DNA from: a virus
Length of the DNA stretch: 64,000 nucleotides
Virus record (IMG/VR): IMGVR_UViG_3300042569_001270
Span: 1-64,000 of that record
Strand: one strand, 5' to 3'
In this document: one piece after another, positions 1 to 14,500 of the stretch
Numbering within the stretch: position 1 is the first letter of the stretch
Layout: the number at the start of each line of letters is the position of its first letter
Translations under genes and position numbers: made by a program
The notes under the pieces: model-generated
What the model was told of the DNA's origin: nothing
What the model saw: only the letters and a program-made list of their open reading frames with translations
Databases searched by the model: none

Positions 1-44
1 CGCGTCTACCGCTGCCCAGTGCATGCTTGGGTACGCGGGCTAAC

Positions 45-782
45 GTGGCACGCAAGAAACAGGACGGCGACGAAGACGACGGCATGACAATGGCGGAGTT
101 CAACCGTCGTCTTCAACGCTACCTTGATGAAAAAGAAGGCAAGGACACAAGGCAGGGCCAGCGTTTTAACGTAACCAAGAAAGTTGTTAAAAACCAAAAA
201 GCCTACCGTGAGTGGCTAAATCACACCAACGCTTTTGGTCCTCCAAGGAGACCAACGTATGTCCCTTCCGACGTCTCTTTCCCGTCACGTCCTGCTTCCA
301 ATCGAGCACATTCACCCGAACACTTGGAACCACAACAAAGTGTCGGCAGAGACGCTCGACAAGATTCGGCACGGACTGAAGGAGTACAAAAAGGAGACGG
401 GATCGTACCTTCCAATACTTGTGCGACCGCACCCCAGCCCGAAGCTGAAGGGCCAGTACGAGATTGTAGATGGGGAACACCGGTACCTCTTGTACCGGGA
501 CGAACTCCGCGAAAGCCAAGTTCCCGCCATCGTCCAGCCGATGAGCGACTCGTTGGCTCGCAAGATGACGGTGCGGACGAACTACCTGCACGGCGACCCC
601 GACCCACTCCGGTACGCAGACCTGCTGTCAGACCTGATTCGAGCGGGGGAGTCGATAAGCGACCTGTCAAACGGTCTCCCCGAAAGCTCGGAGGAACTTC
701 AGAAAATCCTGAACCAAAAGGAACTGGAGGACGATCTGGCGGAGGCTCTCGCGGAGGCCGAGGAAGAGTCCGCAAATCATAA
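45..782 (+). CDS. Hypothetical protein; only the first ~70 aa look genuine, and the ORF overlaps the next gene by >500 nt
   Basis: GTG at 45 directly follows a TAA at 41-43. The N-terminus is charged and helical-looking; the remainder is R/P-rich and off-frame-like. Confidence 0.3.
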   Translation: MARKKQDGDEDDGMTMAEFNRRLQRYLDEKEGKDTRQGQRFNVTKKVVKNQKAYREWLNHTNAFGPPRRPTYVPSDVSFPSRPASNRAHSPEHLEPQQSVGRDARQDSARTEGVQKGDGIVPSNTCATAPQPEAEGPVRDCRWGTPVPLVPGRTPRKPSSRHRPADERLVGSQDDGADELPARRPRPTPVRRPAVRPDSSGGVDKRPVKRSPRKLGGTSENPEPKGTGGRSGGGSRGGRGRVRKS

Positions 783-1020
783 ATCTACAAAGGGCAGCCA
801 GAGCGCTTTTGTTGATCTTAAATTCACAGTGTCAGTAGAAGCCGCTGAGATTATTGAACGAGAGGTCACGCGGCTCGCTGACCACATTGGCGGCAAAAAC
901 TCTCGCGGGCGGGCACTGGAGTACATGGCCGTCTCGTCGTCGCAGTCCCCTCTTCCGGGGGCTAAGACGAGCACTCGTACTCTCAAGACAACAACCTCGG
1001 GGCTTGAGAGGCGGAAGTGA
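259..1020 (+). CDS. ParB/Sulfiredoxin N-terminal domain protein
   Basis: IHPNTWNHN, PILVRP and YEIVDGEHRY motifs; AAGGAG Shine-Dalgarno before ATG 259. Confidence 0.88.
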   Translation: MSLPTSLSRHVLLPIEHIHPNTWNHNKVSAETLDKIRHGLKEYKKETGSYLPILVRPHPSPKLKGQYEIVDGEHRYLLYRDELRESQVPAIVQPMSDSLARKMTVRTNYLHGDPDPLRYADLLSDLIRAGESISDLSNGLPESSEELQKILNQKELEDDLAEALAEAEEESANHKSTKGSQSAFVDLKFTVSVEAAEIIEREVTRLADHIGGKNSRGRALEYMAVSSSQSPLPGAKTSTRTLKTTTSGLERRK

Positions 1021-2120
1021 AAGTCTCTCTGAAACTTTTTAACAATAAACAAGAAAAACTTGAAGGGTGTGGCACTGCTGAGTGGTGTGCCAAGTGCCGA
1101 CTGTTTAACAAAGTCTGCGCAGGTAACAACGGCGGCTGCACTACCAAGCAAGACGTTGCTCAACGTGAGTGCTACTCGGCCTGCAACACCTGTGGGGGCG
1201 GGCCAGCCAAGCCACACTCTGCTCCAGCGGTGTGCTGCAAATCACCGCTCAAGACCATCCTCCTTGAGCAGGCTCTCGGGGCAAAGAACGAAGAAGGAAA
1301 AGAGTTCTTCCTCGTCACGCCTCGCCCAAAAATTGTTGTTAAACACACAGGCATCGTCGTTACGCAGGGCAGCCCCGGTGCGGCGTTTGGATCGTCAGAC
1401 TCCCCTTTTCCTCCAGAGGTTGAAGCAGTCGCGGTGAACATTCGCCACGTCTGGTCAAAGTCTGCTGGCTGGTGGAGCGACGACCTTCGGGACTATCTTC
1501 GAGTTCCTGCAAACGTAAAGTTAATACTTTTGACTTCTGTATTTGATAATCGTCTTGAGGATGCTTGGGACGCAGGCCTTCACGAGGAAGACTTCTCTCA
1601 GCTTGGCTTTGACTACTGGCAGAACCTCAGCTTCTCTATTTACGCTGAAGACTCTCCAATGCAGTCGTACTGGTCCACCCTTCGCAGCCTTAGGTCGGTT
1701 CAGGGCAACAAGTCGTGGTTCGCCGAAGATGTGCGTGCTCCCCGCTTGATGCCGGAGTGGACCAAAGCGCGACTACTAGAACAGGTGAGTAAGCTTCCTC
1801 AGCTTGTCTTGAACTTCCAGTTTATCCGTGGGGACAAGGCAGAGCTGCTGGCTCACGGCGCAGACTTGAAGGCGTACCATGCACTACTGCCAGCGAACGT
1901 GGCCATCTGGATTCTTGGACCGGTTCAGCCTGCTGCTATTCGCTTTTTTAAGAAACTTGCACCCAATCGCAGTCTTTATTTTCTTTCTGCTTTGCCGTGG
2001 ATCGGCGCACACCGTGGCGCTCTTCTTAGTAGCAACGGCAAGTTGGTGCGCAGCAAGATCAACAAAAAAGACCTTGTCTGGGCAAACCAGAGAGCGTATT
2101 TAAAGATCACATCGGGGTAG
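1017..2120 (+). CDS. Cys-rich N-terminus plus DUF4417-like domain; candidate DNA-modification enzyme
   Basis: About 9 Cys in the first 75 aa. FDNRLEDAW and NLSFSIYAEDSPMQSYWSTLRS resemble the DUF4417 pattern (DDYxFExxW ... PDFSxYxDxP..QxWxxYRS). GTGA overlap with the ParB-N gene. Confidence 0.6.
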   Translation: MKVSLKLFNNKQEKLEGCGTAEWCAKCRLFNKVCAGNNGGCTTKQDVAQRECYSACNTCGGGPAKPHSAPAVCCKSPLKTILLEQALGAKNEEGKEFFLVTPRPKIVVKHTGIVVTQGSPGAAFGSSDSPFPPEVEAVAVNIRHVWSKSAGWWSDDLRDYLRVPANVKLILLTSVFDNRLEDAWDAGLHEEDFSQLGFDYWQNLSFSIYAEDSPMQSYWSTLRSLRSVQGNKSWFAEDVRAPRLMPEWTKARLLEQVSKLPQLVLNFQFIRGDKAELLAHGADLKAYHALLPANVAIWILGPVQPAAIRFFKKLAPNRSLYFLSALPWIGAHRGALLSSNGKLVRSKINKKDLVWANQRAYLKITSG

Positions 2121-2123
2121 CAC

Positions 2124-2249
2124 ATGGCCATCAAAAACCGGACGTCTAAGAAGCGGGTGCCCAAGGGGGCTACTGGACGAACTTCTACAAAAGGCGTAGC
2201 TTCACGCGCAGCTACTGCTGGGAAGAAAGTTAAGCCCCCCAAGGAGTAG
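2124..2249 (+). CDS. 41-aa highly basic peptide (MAIKNRTSKKRVPKGATGRTSTKGVASRAATAGKKVKPPKE)
   Basis: ATG 3 nt after the previous stop and TAG 3 nt before the next start; fills the gap exactly. Too short for the supplied ORF track. Confidence 0.6.
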   Translation: MAIKNRTSKKRVPKGATGRTSTKGVASRAATAGKKVKPPKE

Positions 2250-2252
2250 ATC

Positions 2253-2522
2253 GTGTTTGCCGATCTTATTTTTCAGTCCGTCATGCAGGCAGACTTGGAC
2301 CGTGAGAAGAAGCGGCTTGAGTCTCACGCTGCTGCGGAGAAGGCTCTTCAGGAAGCTCGCAAGCAGCAGGGCCTGTTGAACATGTCCGACTACCTGACAT
2401 GGGTTGACGGGTCCGCCGAGCGTGAAACTGAGAAGCAGCGCCCCGCTGCTAAGGAGAGTTCCGATGTCGATGTTCCCAAGCCGAGTGGCTCGCGATTCCC
2501 TCCGCCGCCCCGCAGGTCGTGA
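2253..2522 (+). CDS. Hypothetical protein
   Basis: AAGGAG upstream of GTG; helical, charged sequence. Confidence 0.6.
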   Translation: MFADLIFQSVMQADLDREKKRLESHAAAEKALQEARKQQGLLNMSDYLTWVDGSAERETEKQRPAAKESSDVDVPKPSGSRFPPPPRRS

Positions 2523-2667
2523 CGCTCTGTGCGAGAGTTGCGGCTACAAGGGCATCGCCCAGCCGCCTGCCCGTTGTCCCAAGTGCGAGGAGCACCTGAG
2601 CTTCAGCAAGGGCAGCGACGAGATTGTTACTAAGACGCTGGACGGTGACAATGACCTCTTCAAGTGA
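2464..2667 (+). CDS. Small zinc-ribbon protein
   Basis: CESCG...CPKCE; AAGGAG upstream of ATG 2464. Confidence 0.6.
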   Translation: MSMFPSRVARDSLRRPAGRDALCESCGYKGIAQPPARCPKCEEHLSFSKGSDEIVTKTLDGDNDLFK

Positions 2668-3310
2668 CACGTTTGGTCGCCCGAAGGTGGCAGCCATCAC
2701 CAGTGCAGCGGACGAAACGCCCACTGCAAAGCTGATGCACGCACTGCTGCTGGAGTTCAAGCGGGCGAACGCCGAAGTGCGGGAGCATAACTTGACCAAG
2801 GTCAAGTTGAACGCCTGCGACGGCTGCTACGCCTCCGGCGGGCGAACGTGCTTGATGCCTTGCGACTACAACGACATTGAGGAGGAGATTTACGATCCTT
2901 CAGACAAGGGCGTTGTTATTCACGAGTCAATCACCTCCGCCGACATCCTGCTTCTTGTCGCAGAGGCCAGATGCTCTGGTCTGGACTCCCTGTCGCAGCG
3001 GCTTCTTGAGCGGATGATCCCCTACGAGAACATCGCTCGTGTGCAGGGACGGCGTGTGCTTGAAGGCAAGGTTGCGATCATCGCTGTTGTTGGCGATGGT
3101 GCCGAAGCTGCGCTTGGACAGGCAGCGTCCCGACTCTCGTCTCTTGGCTTTGCGCTTCCTTCGTTTGGGTCTATCTCTGTGGAGGTTCCCGCGCAGGGCC
3201 ACAGGGACCAAGGGTTGCGGCTGATCCAGAGTGACCGTGACGTCCAGCAGCGGCTGCAGTCGTGCGTTGCTTCTGCTATCAAGCAGGCCGCAGCGCTTCG
3301 TGGTCGTTGA
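2651..3310 (+). CDS. Flavodoxin-fold iron-sulfur flavoprotein / NADPH-dependent FMN reductase family protein
   Basis: CDGC...C...C cluster (ACDGCYASGGRTCLMPC), ADILLL, QRLLERM and LEGKVAIIAVVG are typical of the Isf/FMN_red family. Confidence 0.75.
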   Translation: MTSSSDTFGRPKVAAITSAADETPTAKLMHALLLEFKRANAEVREHNLTKVKLNACDGCYASGGRTCLMPCDYNDIEEEIYDPSDKGVVIHESITSADILLLVAEARCSGLDSLSQRLLERMIPYENIARVQGRRVLEGKVAIIAVVGDGAEAALGQAASRLSSLGFALPSFGSISVEVPAQGHRDQGLRLIQSDRDVQQRLQSCVASAIKQAAALRGR

Positions 3311-3355
3311 TCTTTCGTCCTCGGGCTGGTTTACTGGCTCTGCTCAGGAGGTCTC

Positions 3356-3673
3356 ATGTCTTCGTTCAAGATGCTTCGGTCACCCACTCCGCTCCACCTT
3401 GCTGGAAGCGTGGGGACCGATCCCTACAACTTTGAGGTTCGCGGCAAGCTTGCTGACGGGAGCATCGTCTCCGGTCTGGCTGAGACGCTGTCGCTGAAGA
3501 ACACTCACGGCTCGCAGACCTTCTCGGTGTCGTTCAACGGCTCTGACTGGGTCGAGCTTGCGGCAGGTGCCTCGAAGGACTTCGAGTACGCTTGTCGTAA
3601 TTTCTGGATCAAAGGCTCTGGCGCTGGCACGACTTTCACCGGCATCGCCGGGATTCGCGCTCGTTACCTGTAG
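3356..3673 (+). CDS. Small beta-rich hypothetical protein (possible virion protein)
   Basis: AGGAGG SD; strong codon bias; alternating beta-strand pattern. Confidence 0.7.
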   Translation: MSSFKMLRSPTPLHLAGSVGTDPYNFEVRGKLADGSIVSGLAETLSLKNTHGSQTFSVSFNGSDWVELAAGASKDFEYACRNFWIKGSGAGTTFTGIAGIRARYL

Positions 3674-3682
3674 GAGATCAAA

Positions 3683-5113
3683 ATGCCTAGCTTCTCTCCT
3701 CCTGCCTCGGTGCGAGCCGCCGCTCGTCGTGGTCTGGAGATGCGCCGTGCGAACAACGGCAAGGGTGGCCTAGACGCCTCCGAAGCCGCAGCACAGGGCA
3801 TCGGATCGGGCGTGGTTCGAGCGCAGACGCTGGCTTCCGGCAAGAGCATCCCTCTTGAGACCGTGAAGCGCATGCGCTCGTTCTTTGCTCGCCACGAGAA
3901 GAACAAGCACGGCCCCAACGGTAAGGTCGCATGGGCCTTGTGGGGCGGAGACGCAGGCAAACGCTGGGCTGACAGCATCGTCGCCCAGCACACGGAGAAG
4001 TCGATGGAAAAGGCCATGAACGCTCACCAGAAGCAGGTCGCTCGTGAGGTTCACGGCGACGAAGTCTCGTCCTCCGTCCCCGGACACTCCGAGGAAGAGA
4101 CGTCCAGCCCCGCGATCCCTGACCGGATGGTGCAGGCCAACCCGCGCGTGCTTGAGCAAGGGCACGACACGCCCATGCACGATCCCATCACCAAGCAGCA
4201 GGTAATGTCGCTAGGTGAGGAATCTGACGGTCTCGCCATCAGCCACCGTGGGGGCACGCACGGAGCCTCAACGATGGCCGATCAACAGTTTGCCGCCGGA
4301 TCGCCCGGCCCCGGTCGTCTTGAAGGTGAGTACGATCCCACGCAGCACATCGCTCTTGTTATTGCCCGCATTGGCTCTGGAGTGGACACCATGCTTCACA
4401 TGCACAAGTCTCAGTACGACATGTCCGAAGACCTCCTCAAGTCCGCGAAGGACGGCGACCTTGAGAAGGGCAAGTTTGGTCGCATGGCTGCTGGCGTGGC
4501 CGCTGCCGGTCTGATGGCCGGTGCCGGTGCTCGTCACTCTGCTGATGCCGAAAAGGTTGCTCCTCATGCACGCGCTGCGGAGGTGACCGGCAAGCAGAAG
4601 CGCAATCTGCTGAACCTCAAGCGTGAGCGCGGTCAGGCGGGCGTCAACATGCACGCCGCCGTGAACAGGGAAGCGCACCCTGCCTCCAAGGTTGGTACGG
4701 GCGAGTTGGTTGCTCCGAAGCCGCCGAAGGAGGCCAAGAAGGCCGAGGTCGTAGCCGAGGGCTTCGGTAAGTCCAAGAAGAGCCTTGCGAAGAGCCTTGC
4801 TGAGTTCCTTATTAACGACGCTATTGGCTCACGCCGTGGCAACATTCGCCGGAGCTACACCGAGAAGTTCCCGAACGCCGTCGCGGTTCTGGAGTACCAG
4901 CTCTCCAAGGCGATGAGCGGCGAGGTCAAGCTCCACGAGATCAACGTTACGCAGGCTGATCTTCTTGACGCGACCAAGGCGATCACCGGCAAGGACCTGA
5001 CCAAGTCTGTTGATCATGTTCTTCGTCGTCGCGCTGAGGACACGCTCGCGGCCCGTATGGACGCGCCGGAAGACCTGCTGTACGTTAGGCGCGTGATGAA
5101 GCACGGGATTTAA
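3683..5113 (+). CDS. Head-associated multidomain protein with N-terminal 'AARRGLE...RMRSFFARH...WALWGGDAG' domain
   Basis: The N-terminal ~95 aa motif is recurrent in phage head-morphogenesis regions; multiple K-[S/A/G] sites; directly upstream of portal. Confidence 0.7.
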   Translation: MPSFSPPASVRAAARRGLEMRRANNGKGGLDASEAAAQGIGSGVVRAQTLASGKSIPLETVKRMRSFFARHEKNKHGPNGKVAWALWGGDAGKRWADSIVAQHTEKSMEKAMNAHQKQVAREVHGDEVSSSVPGHSEEETSSPAIPDRMVQANPRVLEQGHDTPMHDPITKQQVMSLGEESDGLAISHRGGTHGASTMADQQFAAGSPGPGRLEGEYDPTQHIALVIARIGSGVDTMLHMHKSQYDMSEDLLKSAKDGDLEKGKFGRMAAGVAAAGLMAGAGARHSADAEKVAPHARAAEVTGKQKRNLLNLKRERGQAGVNMHAAVNREAHPASKVGTGELVAPKPPKEAKKAEVVAEGFGKSKKSLAKSLAEFLINDAIGSRRGNIRRSYTEKFPNAVAVLEYQLSKAMSGEVKLHEINVTQADLLDATKAITGKDLTKSVDHVLRRRAEDTLAARMDAPEDLLYVRRVMKHGI

Positions 5114-5150
5114 CAACTACCGGGGTTGATTCCCGAACCAGAGGTTATCA

Positions 5151-6770
5151 ATGGACGGCCCCGTGAGCGCGCTGGCTGAACTCTCGAAGAGCATGGGCGG
5201 GGGAGGCGAACCCTCCCCCAAGACGTGGTTCGTCAACCCGAACGAGATGCTCGACTCGATGGGGATGGGGTACCAGAAGACCCCGTCCACTGTGACGTAC
5301 GAGACGCTGCGCGTGATGTCGATGCGCAACAGCGTCATCGCGTCGATCATCCAGACCCGCGTCAATCAGGTTGCCTCGTTCTGTCAGACGCCTCGCAACC
5401 AGTACGAGGTGGGCTTCGAGATTCGTCACCGTGATCCGCACCACAAGATGACGACGTCCGACAAGGACTTCGCCAAGCGGCTCACTCGGTACATCCTGAA
5501 CTGCGGCGAAGACTACAACATTGATCGTGACGACTTTGAGTCGTTTACCCGTAAGGTCATCCGTGATCGCCTTACGTTTGATCAATTGAACTTTGAGAAG
5601 ATTCCAAGGTTTGATCGGTTGCCCAGCAGCTTCCATGCTGTGGACGCGAGCACCATCCGGCTGAAGCGTCGGCCCACCAGCCACGGTGAGCCTATTGCTC
5701 CTCACGACCATGAGGACGAGGTTCGCTACGTCCAGCTGATTGAAGGCGTCGAGATGGCGTCTTTCACGCCGCTGGAGCTTGCCTTCGGCGTCGCCAACCC
5801 CCGCACCGACATTCGGGTCAACGGTTACGGACTCAGCGAGCTTGAACTGCTGATGACGACCGTGACTTACCACCTCTTTGCGGAGCAGTGGAACCAGAAG
5901 GTCTTTTCGCAGGGCAGCACGGTGAAGGGCATCCTGAACATCACCGGCAACATTCCGCAGAACCAGCTGGAGAACTTCAAGCGGCAGTGGATAGCTCAGG
6001 TCTCGGGTGTCTCGAACGCGTGGCGCACGCCCATCTTGAACACTGAGAATCTGCAGTGGGTTCCGTTGCAGCCGAGCAACAACGACATGGGTTACCAGCA
6101 GTGGCTGGAGTACCTTATTAAGGTTGCGTGCGCCATCTACCTGATTGACCCCGCCGAGATTAACTTTGATCTTCGTGGTAGTCAGGGGATGCAGCCCGCC
6201 TTCATGTCGTCGAACGAGGCGCAGCAGAAGGTCTCAAAGGATCGCGGCCTCCAGCCGCTGATGCGGTTCTACTTCAACCAGCTGAACAAGCACCTCATCT
6301 GGCCGTTCAGCGACCAGTGGGAGATCAGCCCTGTCGGTCTTGACGCCAAGACCGAGCAGCAGGCGATCCAGCTTCGTCAGACCTCGCTGCAGTCGCACCG
6401 CACCCTCAACGAGATTCGCGCTGAGGAGGGTCGCCCGCCTGTCGAGAACGGTGACGTGGTGCTCAACCCTGTCTACATCGGCTACCTGCAGCAACAGCAG
6501 GCAGCCCAGCAGGCGCAGCAGCAGGCACAGGCAGCCCAGCAGGCCCCCCAAGGCCCGCAGGGCGCTCCTGAGGCCGGTCCTGCCCAGTCTCCGGGCATGC
6601 AGGAAGCTGCACAGCAGCAGCAGGCAACTGACCAGTTTGCAGGTGCACCTAGCGCGGATATGGAGAGCGAGACTGCCGCTGGCGGCAACGCTCTTGAGCG
6701 ATACGCTGGAACGCCTGAGCAGCAGGAACTTCTTCAGCGGTACTACGGCAGCTTCCTGACACCTCGGTAA
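5151..6770 (+). CDS. Portal protein
   Basis: IIQTRVNQV, RDRLTFDQLNFEK, NPRTDIRVNGYGLSELE, IDPAEINF and SKDRGLQPLMRF match SPO1/Twort-type portals; Gln-rich C-terminal tail. Confidence 0.93.
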   Translation: MDGPVSALAELSKSMGGGGEPSPKTWFVNPNEMLDSMGMGYQKTPSTVTYETLRVMSMRNSVIASIIQTRVNQVASFCQTPRNQYEVGFEIRHRDPHHKMTTSDKDFAKRLTRYILNCGEDYNIDRDDFESFTRKVIRDRLTFDQLNFEKIPRFDRLPSSFHAVDASTIRLKRRPTSHGEPIAPHDHEDEVRYVQLIEGVEMASFTPLELAFGVANPRTDIRVNGYGLSELELLMTTVTYHLFAEQWNQKVFSQGSTVKGILNITGNIPQNQLENFKRQWIAQVSGVSNAWRTPILNTENLQWVPLQPSNNDMGYQQWLEYLIKVACAIYLIDPAEINFDLRGSQGMQPAFMSSNEAQQKVSKDRGLQPLMRFYFNQLNKHLIWPFSDQWEISPVGLDAKTEQQAIQLRQTSLQSHRTLNEIRAEEGRPPVENGDVVLNPVYIGYLQQQQAAQQAQQQAQAAQQAPQGPQGAPEAGPAQSPGMQEAAQQQQATDQFAGAPSADMESETAAGGNALERYAGTPEQQELLQRYYGSFLTPR

Positions 6771-6780
6771 GGACACCCAC

Positions 6781-11525
<4,745 letters not shown>

Positions 11526-11526
<1 letters not shown>

Positions 11527-11543
11527 GGGGGTGTCGACCCCCT
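11526..11543 (+). other. Hairpin AGGGGGT-GTCG-ACCCCCT at the stop of the 1581-aa gene
   Basis: Perfect 7-bp stem with no U-tract; possible mRNA stability or processing element. Confidence 0.45.
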
Positions 11544-11593
11544 AAGTAGATCGTGCTACTGAACAGCGAAAAGCATCACCCACGGAGGCTCCT

Positions 11594-14500
11594 GTGGCTA
11601 AGAAGACTGCACCTGCTCCTACTCCTACTCCTACGCTCACCGCCGACACTGCGGTTCTTGATAAAAAGGCTGCGGAAGACGCCGCACGCAAGAAGTACCT
11701 TGAGGTCACTCTTCCTCAGAAGAAGGCGGCACACGCCAACTCTGCTCTTGAGCGTCACAAGGTCTGGGCCGGTAAGGACTTTATGAGTAGGCCCGAGCCG
11801 CACGGCTCTGCCCGCTCGTTTCTTACCTACAACACCGTCCCCTTTCACTACCCTGTTTCTCACGGCCACACCGAGCACGAGGACCCTGAACAGGTGCGGT
11901 ACAGCACTGTGATGGGTAGCCCACAGACGGGCGGCTACCGTATCACTCACGCGGGAAAGCACTCTTTGGTTGAGTCCTTCCCTATGGCGATGAACGCCGA
12001 GCGTGATGAGAACGGGGAGTTTGTTGATCCCAAAGCAGCTGAACGCGAGTCCTTTGGACCCGGAGGCCCCAAGCCGATCCCAAACGGGCTTCTGACAAAT
12101 CCCGGCATGGGCGACATCTACCGCGCACTTCAGCAGCATGTGGCGGGTCACCGCGCCAAGCTGTTCTCGCCCGAGGGCAAGGCCTTCCTTGAATCAGGTA
12201 AGGGCAAGGATGCTTACGATCATGTGACAAGTGACAAAGGCTTTACAGGCGGAGATCGAGACTTCCAGCGCTATGTTCTTGAGGCCATCTCTCCCAAGTC
12301 TGAGCGGGTGCTTGGTTCCAAGGGAAAGCCCGTTGATCATCCTCACGCCGCTCCGGGTGCTCATGGTCTTCGCGTGAACGACAACGGAGAGATCGCAGAG
12401 TCTCCCGACGCGTTCAACGGTTCGGCAGAGGAAGCCGCTCTCGCCTACCCTCACAGCGCCGACGAGTTCAGTGCCGTCGATAAGGCCGCTACGGCCAAGG
12501 AAAAGGCCGCTGCCAAGGAGGCCAAGGCCAAGGAGGCGGCTGCGGCAAAGGAAGCCAAGGCTGCTGGCAAAGGTGGCAAGGGTAAGAAGGGCGAGGCCCC
12601 TACTGCTGCTCCTCCTGCCGCTCCTGCCGCTCCTCCTGACGCCCCCGCGACGAAGGGGACCTTTGCCCGCAAGAAGCTTGATCCTGCTCTTGAGGAGGGC
12701 ATTGCTGCAGCACAGGCCGAGCAGTCGAAGACCACCTCGAAGACCTCAAAGACCTCAAAGACCGCCCCCGCTGCGGGTACGCAGAAGAAGGGTCGCGGGG
12801 GTCGCAAGGCCGCAGTTGCTGCTCCGTCTGCTCCGTCTGCTCCGGCTGCTACGGAGACTGCGGGTGCAATGCGGGACGCCGGTTTCCAGTCCAGCACTTC
12901 TGGGCGGCCCACCACGAGGACCGGTCAGCCGCTGAATCTGACGGCCAATATTGAGGAACTTCGTCGTCGTGTTTCGAGCGCCGTTGGCGACGAAGCGGCG
13001 GAAAAGATCACTCAGCCCGCTCCTCCTGTCACTACGACTCAGCCCCCTGCTGCTCCAACGGCTCAGCCTGCTGCCTCAACTTTTGATCCTCACAAGTTGT
13101 CCCTCGACGACTACACAAAGCTCCATGACAACCCCGCAGCACTGCACGGTGTCCTCAGTCATCTGAAGGACAACTTTCCTAATGTGTACGACGCCAGCCC
13201 TGATGTGCAGGCCGCGAAGAACATGGTTGAGCAGTTCCGCGACGCTGCAAAGAAGTCGGGCATCCGCTTCAACGGCACCAAGGTGGATGGGCGTGCGCAG
13301 ACCCCCGAGCAAGAGAACACGCTTGAGCAGCTTGATCAGGCTGTGAAGATGCTCCGTAGTGAGCGTATTAAGGCGGGGCACCGGGCGTACATTGACGCTG
13401 CTCTTGATCAAGGCAAAGACGACGAGATTCACAAAGACAACTTTGCTGCCCACAACATGCAGTTGCCCCAGTTCAAGCACCGTAGCTTTGACACTGAGGA
13501 CGAATTTGATCGGATGTTTACGTCGAAGCCGCAGCAGATGGAGCTTCCGCTTGCGGCTCCGAAGCCCAAGCCTGAAGCAGCAGCGCCTGAGGCGGCTCCT
13601 GCCGCTGCCGCTGCTACGGGCGGCCCCACTCCGGTGAAGGGCGACCTGCTCACCTCGCTCTCCGGCGGTGACACGGCTCCTCGTGGAATGGCCGGTAGCA
13701 TCGTCCCGACGCCTGTCCCGACGCTGCCCGAGGGCACGTCTCCTCAGGCCCGCTCGTACCACTTGATCGGCGCTGACGGGAGCATGAAGCACACGCTCAA
13801 CGCCAAGGTTATCGGCCAGCATGAGGGTACACACGGCGTCTACTCGACGCACGTTCAGGACGTAAATAATCCTGACGGTACGCACAGCCACCAGAACATG
13901 CTGCTCGTGCACCACGAGAAGGAGCCGAATAACCCCACGCCGACACCCAAGGTGCTCGACTCGCACAAGATCGTCGGTTCGGAAAACAAGGCAACCCTGA
14001 CGCCTCTTGCGCAGCAGACGAATCAGGCAGCCTCTGTTGACCACCTTCTTAACAACGTTGCCAAGCCGCATGCTGTTCAGGCAGCTTCAGCAAAAGCTGC
14101 TGCAGCCCCGACGCCCACTCCTGCACCCACTCCTGCGCCTCCTCCGTCCACCGGTATCAACCCTTCCGCTGATGCGCCTGCTCCCAAGCCCGCTAAGACC
14201 GGGGGGATGATGGCTCGACTGAAGGGCATGTTTGGTTTTGGTAAGGGTGGACTTGTTGTTGATCTTCGTAAGGCCAACAACATTTACAATCTGACCAAGG
14301 GTGTCGCGGCGGACCAGCCAAAGAAGTACACGAACAAGCAGGTAACCAAGACAGGCGGTATCAAGCACGTCTACAAGCTGCCTGCTGGTTCGTTCCAGAG
14401 TCCTGCTGGTGGCGGTGCGCCTAAGGTTGATAACGAGGTCAACCCGCAGGCCTTGTCCACCAAGCTGCGCACCACGAGTGGCACGCTGCTCCAGATTGCC

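Noticed and set aside
1-5150. Terminase genes upstream of portal
   Set aside because: No terminase ATPase or nuclease motifs recognised; they probably lie outside the window.
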